A stretch of 64,000 nt of DNA from Eledone cirrhosa (taxonomy: Eukaryota): NCBI GenBank assembly GCA_964016885.1, contig OZ024743.1, forward strand, positions 290,656,001 through 290,720,000, given 5' to 3'. A program made the translations under genes and the position numbers. The notes below the pieces were generated by a model. It was not told where the DNA came from and did not search any database. It was given only the letters and a program-made list of their open reading frames with translations. Numbering within the stretch: the stretch's first letter is position 1; each line of letters begins with the position of its first letter. Of the stretch, positions 28,191-39,460 are shown in pieces.

Positions 28191-28271
28191 GTGTGTGTAT
28201 ATATATATAAATATATCTATATATTATTCAGAATATTATAAATGAAGATATTCACATATTCGAAATATATG

Positions 28272-28333
28272 TTTTATTATATATATTTCGAAGGTACTAT
28301 GCTGTTTTTTCAGTACGTCCTCGTCAGATAAAA
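28272..28333 (-). ncRNA. Minimal type-I hammerhead ribozyme (family F)
   Basis: Minus strand reads ttttat CTGACGA ggacgtact(gaaaaaacagcat)agtaccttc GAAA tatata TA ataaaa; 6-bp stem I and palindromic loop III. Confidence 0.85.
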
Positions 28334-28540
28334 TACATGAATTGATGTATGTCATACCTCAACGGTCTTCATGGTTCAATTCCAGTATTGGCAGTGGTCC
28401 GGCTGGTGGTCTTGTGTGTATATATATTATATATATATATATAGACTTTGAGTTCATGTTGGTTGTATACCAACACCTCAGTATGCAGGCTCGAGCACTC
28501 AACGAAGTGCGCAGGTTGGTTTGGTTACTCCGGAGTAGTG

Positions 28541-28843
28541 TAAAATAAAGTTAAATAAAAGTCAAATGATTAAAATTTAGCTTCGTTTATTACTTATATA
28601 TATTTCAGTGACAGCCATCTTTGGCTGTGACCTCTTCAGGCAGTTTGAATTAGTATGGTATAGACAAGTACATATGTTGTTTAGGTGTATGATATTGTCA
28701 ATACTCTGATATGCCCTTGTCTATACCATACTAATTCAAACTGCCTGAAGAGGTCACAGCCAAAGATGGCTGTCACTGAAATATATATAAGTAATAAACG
28801 AAGCTAGATTTTAATCATTTGACTTTTATTTAACTTTATTTTA
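28541..28843. repeat. Fold-back cassette (family D): 128-bp inverted arms, each with an HHR core
   Basis: 28541-28668 versus 28716-28843 with one mismatch and a 47-nt spacer. CTGAAGA ggtcacagcc(aaagat)ggctgtcact GAAA tatataTA starts at 28745. Confidence 0.88.
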
Positions 28844-28876
28844 TATATATATATATATATATATATTCATATATCA

Positions 28877-28918
<42 letters not shown>

Positions 28919-29350
28919 TAATCTAGATGTCGTCTGTTCTACAGTGTGGATGTAATTCACTTCGCGCAGAAGTTTTGTTCAAATTTATTGCGGAAATTTT
29001 GTGAGTTCAAGTTTAATTTTGATACTATTGTGTAGCTTGACCCCCCGTCAGGCGGTGGGTCAGCTCATCTTTACCCCTCCTAGAGGTGAAAAACCTATTT
29101 TAAAAAATTTGGGGGCAAAAAAAGTTCAATCGGCTGACAGAAATGTTAAACGAAGCGAACGAAAATAGAGGTGGGGGGACAGCGGTAAGAGTTGTAAGCT
29201 CGCACGCTTTAGTCCCCCCTTCCTTCCCAACTAACGTCATAGAGAAGGAAGGAAAATTAAAATAAAAACAGACGAATCTGGGGAGAAAAAAAATGATGAA
29301 AACACAAATCTGGACATGGATTCCAACAACGAAAAAAAAGATTTGAAAAA

Positions 29351-30811
29351 TTGCATGACAATATTAACACCACAAACAAAGACACAACAAACACAAAAAT
29401 AACATTTGAAAATAACACCATAACAGAAAGCAAAGCAGACGACAGAGTCAAGATTTCATTTGCACAAACAACAAAGAAATCTTTGACATATGTAGCCGAA
29501 AATATTTCAGATGTGGCACGAAGAATCACAGACGCCAAACAATACATAAGTGAAGGAGAGAATGGTATTTTATCGGTAAAAATGCCTGAAGAACTCACCA
29601 AAGACATTGAAAGTCGAGCGGTCGTGTTCCGCACCATTAACAACACTACAAAAAAACCTGAACAGCCTTCTCAAGCAGATATCAAAACAGTACTCACAGA
29701 AATACTTAATGAAACCACTTTCATAAGAAAAGACAGACTGTATGGAAGCCTAGCAATTATCATGAAGAACGAATCGGCGGCAAAAAAATGTGCTTTGTCA
29801 CCGATTCGTTCGAAAAATTTTACCTTTTATCCATCTTATATGGGTAAAAGAACTCAACGCATATGGCTGAATGCAATGATGCCAGATGTGGACTACTGCT
29901 GGCTCATAGCTGGCTTCATCGATCCAGTGAATGACAACGTGATTTCCATTGGGAAAACCACAGGCAATGCCTTCAGTGGAACAGGAATAGAGCTCGTAGT
30001 GCAAATGAAGCCTGAACGCATCGCCCAAATACCCGACAGAATCCTATTAGAGGGCCACGGGTATATAAACATTAGCGTGGAGGGGAGAAGGCCGTCCTGT
30101 CATATCTGTGCAGGCAGAGGACACCTGAAGGCCGCTTGTCCCCAACTCAACAAAAAGAAAACCCTGCTAGCAACACCAGCTCCACCACCACAACAGATAA
30201 ACAAACAACAAAACTCAGCCCCACCCAACCCGTCCCTCAGTAAAACTACACCACCACCACAACACAAACAGTCACAACACATTACCCCAAAACAAAATAC
30301 AGGCTCACCCAACCCCTCACTCAATAAAACAACACAACCACCGCAGACACAACACACAACACAGTCTAACATAGTGACATCCATCTCCCCCACAAAGAAA
30401 ACCAACACGGAAACATTACCAGCAAACATACCTCTTCCCTCCAACACTGAAGATGACCCAACGAATTCGGAGGAAGAAACGGAGTCCTTCAGACAGATTA
30501 AAAGGAAAAGAAGAAAACATGTGCAAAACACACAAGGCCAAACAACCTCCACCCAAACCTCAACACAATCCAACAAAACAGAAAACACCCCTCCAGCAAC
30601 AAACAAAACCAAACCAGCCCCTCCCCTCTTCGAAACACTCACACCATCCGAGAAAAAGACATTACACTATACTTACATCAACAGAAACAATAATAAATTA
30701 AATGAACTCATATACAATAATCCTTCGGTACAAACCGAAGGTGTAAACTTTGTTTCTTCAGAAAACTACCCACATTTAAAATTAATAAAGATCCCAATGA
30801 ACCTCTACTAA
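29351..30811 (+). CDS. LINE ORF1 (gag-like, zinc knuckle, P/T/Q-rich tail)
   Basis: 486-aa ORF with EGRRPSCHICAGRGHLKAACP. The true ends are probably ~29143 and ~31039, interrupted by lesions. Confidence 0.82.
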   Translation: MHDNINTTNKDTTNTKITFENNTITESKADDRVKISFAQTTKKSLTYVAENISDVARRITDAKQYISEGENGILSVKMPEELTKDIESRAVVFRTINNTTKKPEQPSQADIKTVLTEILNETTFIRKDRLYGSLAIIMKNESAAKKCALSPIRSKNFTFYPSYMGKRTQRIWLNAMMPDVDYCWLIAGFIDPVNDNVISIGKTTGNAFSGTGIELVVQMKPERIAQIPDRILLEGHGYINISVEGRRPSCHICAGRGHLKAACPQLNKKKTLLATPAPPPQQINKQQNSAPPNPSLSKTTPPPQHKQSQHITPKQNTGSPNPSLNKTTQPPQTQHTTQSNIVTSISPTKKTNTETLPANIPLPSNTEDDPTNSEEETESFRQIKRKRRKHVQNTQGQTTSTQTSTQSNKTENTPPATNKTKPAPPLFETLTPSEKKTLHYTYINRNNNKLNELIYNNPSVQTEGVNFVSSENYPHLKLIKIPMNLY

Positions 30812-31072
30812 AAACTAAAAAAGGATTTTTAGGAGGACGTAGGACCACCCTCTGTCAAACCCATAAAACGCGTCCTACTAAAAAGCTTTCCCCCTCCCCT
30901 TCCCCTCCCCAACATAACTCCAAACACCCTAACCCCACCACACACTGACGACCCCACACCACCACAAGACATCCCTTCACCCAACACCCCCGACCCCATG
31001 GAAGTCGTGCGACCCGAACCCCGAGAAGCGGAAAGGTAGGTCTCTACACTCTCCTTTGGCTCTGCCGCCCAC

Positions 31073-34000
31073 ATGGATGTGTTAAGAGTAGGATGTTTAA
31101 ATGCACGTGGCCTGGGCTCAACTTGGAAGCAAGCAAAGCTTCTAAATGACCTCAGGTCATGTGGTATAAATGTAATGATTATCTGTGAGACTCGGATCAG
31201 CGTCGTCCGGCAGCTGGCCCCTACCTCGATGACTTTGAGGTGCATGCATCTCTCTGTCAACCTGGAGGTGGGGGTGGGGTTGTCGTGCTGCTGCAAAAAC
31301 ACCTGGGTCTTTCCGTACAGGTCGTGCACTCGGACCCGGAGGGTCGTTTGTTGGTGCTAGACGTTGGTAGTAGTGAAGGTGCGGCCTTAAGACTGGTCGC
31401 CGTCTACTCCCCTTTCGGAGCTGAACGGCCCGACTTCTTCAGGCGTTTAGAGACTTTTCTAGGAACGTCTCGTTCCCTGCTTCTAGCGGGGGATTGGAAT
31501 GACATCCTAGATGCACGTTGGGACTATGCAGGAGCATGTCCTAATAGAGGGGGGTGTAACAGCCTCAAGGGGTTACTCGACCTTTTTAACTTGGTCGATA
31601 GATATCGACTAGATTTTCCAACTGTGCCTACCTGGACTTGGAGAAACCACAGTGGTCAATCTAGATCGTACTTAGATAGATTCTTAGTTAGAAGTAAGGA
31701 TAGGGACATATTAAGCTGTCCAGAAATGCGCACGGTTGGCTACACGGATCACAAATTAGTGACCTGCGTAGTCAATCTCGAGAAAACACATAAACAGGGT
31801 CCCGGTTACTGGAAACTTAATTTGTCTTTACCGGCAAAAGAGACTTACAGAAACCGGATTAGCAGATTAGTTAAGGAGAGGTTGACGGGTGCAATCGTCA
31901 ACAACCGATGGTGGGCATCTCTCAAAAGAGAGATTAAAACCGAATCAATAAGTTATAGCAAGATGTTAGCTGCCGATAGGAATAGAAACGAGAAAGAATT
32001 AACAGGCAATTAAGAGGCAATCAAGAGCGAAGATGTGGCCAGAGTGCTGGCATCGAGGACGGCCTTGAACCAGATTTTCGATGCAAAGCACGAAGGCTGC
32101 GTCATTCGAAGTAAAATACGTGCTCTAGGTAATGAGGGGGCCAAAGCCGTTGGCTGGGCCCGCGTGACAGAAGCTAAGAGTCGAAATCGATCCACCATCC
32201 GGTCGTTGCAAGACGAAGATGGACGGGTGATCCGGGAGCCTAAGCAGATGTGCGAGGCCTTTCAAAGGCACTTTGCCCGATTGTTCGGGGGAGGCGAGGG
32301 TCCGGGCGGGGGCGTGGATTTCGGTCCATAGCTCGACGGCCTGCTGCGTCTCTCGAGCGAAGAGGCAGAGTCCTGCGAGGGACCAATCTCGGCTGATGAG
32401 ATCGGAGATGCGCTGAGCCAATGCAGCAGACGCAAATCTCCAGGTCTCGATGGTATACCTTACGAACTTTATTTAGCAATACCGGTCTTCTTCTCCGAAC
32501 TCCTCGAAGCGGTCTACTGCAATTGGCAGCAGAACGGGAGAAGTCCTTGTTCTGTAGCCAAGGGCGTAGTCACGCTGGTGAGGAAGGACGAGAACAAGGG
32601 AGATAGTATAAATAATTTTCGGCCCATAACCCTGCTAAACACAGAGTTAAAGATTTTGATCAAGGTGTTAGCAAAGAGGTTGGCGCTTGTCGTGGGTGGC
32701 CTGGTGGGAGATGCGCAGACATGTGCTATCCCATCCAGGTCCATTCACGATAACCTCCACCTCATGCGATACATCATAGAGAGGGTTGGCAACAAACCCG
32801 GCTTCGGTGGGGCCCTGATCAACTTGGATCAGTCTAAGGCCTTCGATAGGGTCGACCATGGTTAACTGGATGCGGTGCTAGCGGCGGCTGGGTTCGGTCC
32901 TGTTTTCAGAGGCTGGATCACTGCCTTACATAGCAACCACATCTGTTCTAGGATCAAGGTGAACGGCTACCTTTCGAAGCCGTTCGAAATCACACGATCC
33001 GTTCGACAGGGGTGCCCTCTCTTCTCCCTTCAGTACGTATTGATTCTCGAGCCTTTACTGAAGAAGTTGGAGTTGTTGCAGGGTATCCCCCTGGAACCAG
33101 GATTGAGCAAAGCGGTGTCGGCCTACGCCGATGACGTAACAGTAATGGTATCGACCGACTCGGAGATCGAGGCGATCGGTACCTTACTGGAGGAGTACGA
33201 AAGGTTGTCAGGAGCGAAACTGAACCGGGAAAAATCCATCGGGCTGCAACTCGGAACGTGGAGAGGCAGACCGATGCCTCCTGACGGTGTCGTCGGACAC
33301 TGGACGGAGGGCCCGGTAAAGTTGCTTGGGCTCTGGTTTGGACCGGACCTCCAGGCGGAAAAGAACTGGAACGAGGTTACGAACAAGGTGTTTGCACTAA
33401 CCCAGAAATGGGCCAAGTGTAAGCTGTCCCTAAAAGGCCGGGCGGAGGTGGCGAACATTTACATAGCGTCCGTCACTTACTACCGCCTGACTGTCGTGCC
33501 TTGCCCTAAGGAAACACTCACCACCATGGAACGCATGCTCTTCCAATTTCTTTGGAAGAAGCGCCCTCCTATGGTGAGAAGATCCATCTGCTGCCAACAA
33601 CCTTCGAAAGGAGGGCTGGGGTTGCCGTGGTTGATGATGCGGCACCTACAGGTATTCCTCACTGGTCAACCGGTGTGGGTTCCGTTCGTGAAACGAGCCT
33701 TTCCGAGACTCATCTCGCTCACCGAGCTACAGTCCTGGGTCAAGCAAAGATCCGGAAAACTGGGAGACTGGCACACTGAGTATGCTCTGGCGCTCAGGGC
33801 TCTCTGGCAAGCGGGCCAGGCCATCGGTGGAGAATCCACCTCATCATTCTATAGAGGGCTGGTGGCTAGCAGGGGCGATGACACACTTGGAGAGTCGCTG
33901 GACATGGAAGAAGACGAACTGGCCAGCCTTTTCGGTAGGAATTTCGGCCCAGGACCAATGGACAACTTCCAGAAGTCACTGGCCTGGCAGTTCTACCGGG

Positions 34001-34497
34001 GGGCTCTACCCGTTCGAGAGAGGCTCTACAGACACGGGCGCCCGGGCAGGGATCCCTCAAAAAAGATTTGCCCTAGATGCGTGCGTCACGAAGAAACCGT
34101 TGCGCACGCAATTGTGCAATGTCCGGGCGTGGCTGATCTGTGAGGCTACGCCGAACGACTGCTGTCGCGGGTGGCGCCGATCAAATTGACCGCCGAGTCC
34201 GGGATGACAATCAAACCGCCTCCCCTCTTCACAAAGGAAGCAAAGGCGGTTTTTCTGTGCGTAATAGCCATGTTGAAAGAGGTTCTTTGGTGGACACGAT
34301 TGAAAGGTCTGAGGTCAGGCAACTTCCTCTCTGGCCATAGTCTGGTCTACTTCTTCCGATATCACTTTGGAAGAAGGATAAGAATGGAGAGAGAGGTGCT
34401 TGGCCACAGGCAGTTTTATGAAAGGTGGGTGATAGTGGCGAGAATGGCTCGTGTAAGTGGGCCTTCTCTGTATACCATCCTTTACGTAAATAAGTAA
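31073..34497 (+). pseudogene. LINE ORF2 (APE endonuclease + RT + C-terminal zinc finger), with frameshifts and stops
   Basis: Motifs LNARGL, AGDWN, SYLDRF, TDHK, FRPITLLN, DQSKAFDRV, RQGCPL, AYADDV and CPRC..HEETVAHAIVQC. Stops at ~32011, 32329, 32863 and 34141. Confidence 0.93.
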
Positions 34498-34716
34498 AGG
34501 AGAGGGGAGCACCTTCTCCATGTGCTCCCCGGGCAAAGGATTGCACACTTTTCCGGGTGTGTGTGCAACCCCCATCACGTCCCCTCCCTTTTGAGGTTAT
34601 TTTCGATTATTTTCATGTTACACCCTTTTTACTCGATTATATGTAAACTCACCCTTTGTATTTGTCCCTTCTTGTTATGCCTTTATGGTAAATAAAGAAA
34701 TATATCTATCTATCTA

Positions 34717-34777
<61 letters not shown>

Positions 34778-34780
<3 letters not shown>

Positions 34781-35078
34781 AGACCACCAACTCTCTCTGT
34801 CTTCCATTCTCATTCTCTCCCTCTCTCGCTCTCTCTATGTCACACTTTCACAACCACTATCTATTTCTCTATATCTTTCCCTCTCTCTCTGTTTATGAAG
34901 GTACCCGGAAAAAACCCATATGTCCCGATTTACGTGATACTTGTTATAGTCCATTTGTTTTCGCATTTCAGAATCAACTTTCCTTCAAAGTGTTTTCCCA
35001 TTATGCGCTCTTTTGGCTGTATTACATTAAAGACTATCAAGCAAGCAAGCAATCACAGAGTTTCAGTAGTGTATTCAT
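34778..35078 (+). repeat. Unclassified (CAAG)n-ended repeat, copy 3
   Basis: Homologous to 23270-23520 and 27880-28190. Confidence 0.75.
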
Positions 35079-35081
35079 ATT

Positions 35082-35120
<39 letters not shown>

Positions 35121-35154
35121 CTGTGTGTGTGTGTGTGGATGGGTGTGGGTGTCT

Positions 35155-35232
<78 letters not shown>

Positions 35233-35929
35233 ATCTCCTTTTCTGGTAGATCGTCAATATGGATGCAGCATGGATCTATCCAAATCGTTTATTCGTGGAT
35301 GTTTACTTTATGAACTCAAATTTGGCAAAAGTTTGGATGCATCGAGTCGTCGCCGTAACAATGCATTTTGGCTCACATAGTATGTCCGAAGGCAGTTCCA
35401 CGGACTGTTGCTTATGCCTCCGTTCCAGTGATTATAGGATTACGTCCGACCTCACGTAGGACCGCCATCGGACTTCAAATTCGAGCAACAGCATGAGCTA
35501 GTGGAAGCGGTACATCATTAGATATCATGTCAACTGTCCGAATTGCTTGAGTCATTAAAATTATTCTTCCACTATGCAATAGGAAACGTGTCCAAATTGA
35601 ACTAACGGGTTCGCTACAATATGTATGAATAGAATCATGAATATCATACGACAGGTGCGATATCTCTGTTTTCCTATCATCCCACAACCGTCTCGTTACG
35701 TTCTCTTGTCACTGTCGGTCATAGTTAGTCTCTCTATATTAATGTCAAACACAAGGGTTCGGGAGTTGATAGCAAATGTTGGGCCACAATGTTCAAACAA
35801 ATCATGGCCTCTAAATTCGCAAGGAACTACTCAGCGTCTGATTAAAATGGAAATATGTCATTCACTACGAGATGCTCCCTCCGAACAGCATCTGAACTTC
35901 TGTCGTCTATTTCCAGCAACTTGACGGAT

Positions 35930-36323
35930 ACGTGGCAGAAATCTTACAAATGCACACACACTATGTTCATGTTCGTTCCTGCATGCTAACGCTTGCGTTC
36001 ATCATGTATGGCTCATGCGATGCTGCTGGAGATAGATTGGGAGGTTCTACCCTACCCACCTTTTCGGCCAACCTCACTTTTTTCTCTCAATGCAGTCAAT
36101 ATTCCTCCCGTTTGAAGACAAGTTAAATCAGAGGCTGACATAATTCTTTGCATCGAAGACAGAAGAATTCTACAGGGATGGAATCATATGAGTTCTTGAA
36201 TAAGCGCAGTTGGTAATCGCAAATGATGGCGATTATTTTGACTTGCAAAATTTTCTCAATGTTACAAAACACCAATATCACTAAAAAATCTGAAAAACGG
36301 TGAGAAACTTCTGTCCAACCTAA
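35930..36323 (+). mobile_element. mariner remnant (transposase C-terminus and right TIR)
   Basis: EVLPYPPF, EEFYRDGII and VIANDGDYFD motifs; ends in aacttctgtccaacctaa followed by TA. Confidence 0.7.
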
Positions 36324-38779
36324 TATTTATATGGGTATCTATGTTTTTATATGGGTAGTAGATATTGAGAAATATTTGTATCTTTTTCCTCCGATATTGA
36401 GTGTGTGTGAATGCTAGATTTACGATTCTTTTTGTCGATGAATAATTAATAATTTAATGAATGAAATTTGGTGTGTTCTGAATATTTAATAATTCGATAT
36501 AATAGTGAGATATTACCACATTATAAAGTTCCTATTTAGCCATCGTTTATACAAAATATGAATTATATTCTGCTAAGAATGCCACTTAACCAACATGTTT
36601 CACCTTTATAAAAAAATACAGATAAAAGTAAAGTTTATTACATTAATCATGTATTTACGAATGAAGCTGAAAGAATGCAAGTTTTGCTAAATTTGTACAG
36701 TATAGAACAATATCTCTCACTTTATTTGTTTCTGTTTTTACATTCTGAGTTCACATTCTGCTGAAGCTAAAATGAATATTTCATCCTTTCCGATGTAATA
36801 TGATAAAGTACCGGTCAATTTGTAGAGAGAAGTAATCGAGTAGTCCTTCCATCAAAATGTCGGCATTGAAATTGACTTACATTATTTAGTTGCGTTTAGG
36901 CAAGTGGATTGGCAAATCGAGATTGATGCAGTTTCCTGAATAATATCAATGTCTTTTTCTGGGTCTTAACGCGTAACCCTTACCAGTGATGGGTGTAAAT
37001 ACAATTCTCCGAAAATAAATAACACAAATTATTTTGTATAGGCAGAATTATTATAATGTCGGGGATAATGCTTAGCACCATACTTTCCTCTTCTCGGGGT
37101 ACTGAGTTCATATCCTGCCGATGTCAACTTTGCAATTCAGATAGACGAGGTTGATAAAATTAGTAGTCCAGCACAAAGTTCGGCATTTGGTCTACCTCTG
37201 GCACTTTCCATCTATTTATCTCTCCACACCCTCTCTCTCTCTCATTCCTTCGAAGGAAGAAATTACTTGTATTCAGATGTGGAATGGATGGGCGTTTGCA
37301 GTGTTAACATGTCCAAAACATATCATAACTCATTACGGTGCTACTACGATTCAAACGGCAGTCACATGTCCATACATACGAATTATTTTTTCTGACACTC
37401 TATCGAACATGATCATTGGTTGTGGCGACAACATTCCTTTGAACGTTGTATGTATCAAATTCTAACGCTTATATTAAATAATAATCGGTAGTCCTTAAAC
37501 TGCACTAAATGGATGATAGAATTCATAATTTCTTAAACAGAGATTGCTTTGCATAACGTAATGATGTTATCATAAATTAAATAGCACAGTTAGACAGTTA
37601 GTGCCTCCCAGTTCGCTTCGATGGCTTTCCTAACCTCTGTATCTCGTCTTCCTTTCTCTGAAGCTAATTAATATGAACTCGCTGCTTTAGTAGATAAAGG
37701 ATATTTGCAGCTTCAGCAGTTACGAAACGCTACATACCCTACGGCATATAACGATGCAAAACGCTTTGTTCGGGAACCTTTAGCTTTAGAGCCGTAAGAA
37801 ATCGCAGCTTCAGCTACTGCAATTTATTTAATCAGATTATCATTACCAATGGATCGAAACATTTCGGCATCTTCTAACTGCGCTCATTTCTCAGCTAGTC
37901 TATAATATTAGGAATGTTTCAATTTATTATATATATGGAATTATGTCTATGTGGTTGGCTTAACTCAGAAATTAGGCAAAGGACACCCTCAAAACCAATA
38001 TAATATTCGTCATATGGACAAATGATAGTTGTAGTTATTTTGATATGTATAAAACAGTAATTTATGTTGAATTTAATTCTATTCATTTTCCCTTATTCAT
38101 AAAAAAAATATCAGGCAATTTTATTTTGGAATTCTCTCTCTTCCTCCTTTCTGTAGTAAAGAGCAGGAATTATGAGATAGTTGAATTGAGACGATGTGGC
38201 GAAAAGAGATAGAGAGGGGAGAGATGATAGAAGATGCTAGGGCGAAGAGGGATCGATGAAATAATATCAGTGATAATCTTTGAGAAAATGAAATAAATAG
38301 AATAAGAGAGATTCACGCCAAGAGATTGGGAAGGAGAAACAATGTAAATATTTGTACGTATAATGTATATTCGAATAAAAATGTTTCTTGCAACATCATT
38401 ACTGAGTAAACTACTAATATATTTCATAGTAGTGTGTTGGGATAAGTATGGTGAGTATTATAACATTCTCTACCTCCGAAACGTAATAGATCATTATAGG
38501 GAAGGGCCTATTCAGAGATTAAGAGAGAGAAAGCAAAGCAATGTAGACAGTAAAGGACCTCGACAAGTGCGTGTAACTCCTAACAGACTGCAAATGATTT
38601 TAAAGGAGCACGTGAATTAGTAGTGATTATACCATGTGTGATAATACCGTTTAGATCAAAACAGAAACAGTGGCAACAATCAGCAAATTTGATGAAATGG
38701 TTAAGCACACTGTACTACAGTCGAACCAGAAACACGCGCAATACAACATCTGAATTGATTGATGGTGCTTCATCCAGGG

Positions 38780-39170
38780 TGTCCAAAAGGACTACAGTAG
38801 CAATCCATAAATCTTTCAGAAAATCAACAAATGCTGTCAATATTGTGCTACTAAGAATTGGGTTGCAGGAAAAACAGGTATGTCCAATTCTAGAGAGAGT
38901 TTACATCCATATACAGGAAACTCCTAAATGTCTGAAGAATCTGCTTTTCCAAGACATCCCATAAGCATGACACTTCAAGAGATTAAAGAATATAACTCCA
39001 CCATTTAAAAGACATAACTCATAGATGACAGAAACTTAATAGACTTCCGATTATTTTAAAGCTATATCATTCAGGAGATGCTGCCATTTAATAATCTGCT
39101 ACTTCTCAGAAATGTGGGCAAGTTTATGTCATGGGTGGCAACAAAACGGGAGGAAATATACAATATTTTT
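38780..39170 (+). mobile_element. Possible Helitron RepHel N-terminal remnant
   Basis: Fragments QETPKCLKNLL, EIKEYNSTI, YH and GQVYV occur in the order of Helitron P..LK.LL / NIR.YNSAF / VYH / AQLY motifs; heavily decayed. Confidence 0.4.
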
Positions 39171-39192
39171 TAAGATGGTGACTTACTTTCAT

Positions 39193-39460
39193 TAACTTTG
39201 ACTTTCATCCTTACGGGGTAGATAAAATAAAGTACCAGTAATGCACTGGGTGATTGCTGGCCTTGTGCCAAAAGTAGAAACACTTATTTTAGAGGGTCGG
39301 ACGCCATGCATTGCAGCAGAGTTATGTCCCTTTACAGACTGAGGTCAACTCCTGCCGAGGTTAACTTTGCCTTTCATCCTTACAGGGTCGATAAAATAAA
39401 GTACCAGTAATGTAATTGGTGATTGCTGGCCAAGTACCAATAAGAAGAAACGATTATTTT
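39193..39460 (+). mobile_element. Two tandem Deu/Nin SINE copies
   Basis: The SINE core occurs twice (~39193-39288 and ~39290-39460). Confidence 0.85.

Larger units (their letters stand above)
28921..34700 (+). mobile_element. Full-length two-ORF L1/Tx1-clade LINE (disrupted)
   Basis: 5' UTR, ORF1 with a CCHC knuckle, ORF2 with APE-RT-zinc finger, and a 3' UTR ending in aataaa at ~34691. Flanked on both sides by (ATCT)n. Confidence 0.95.
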
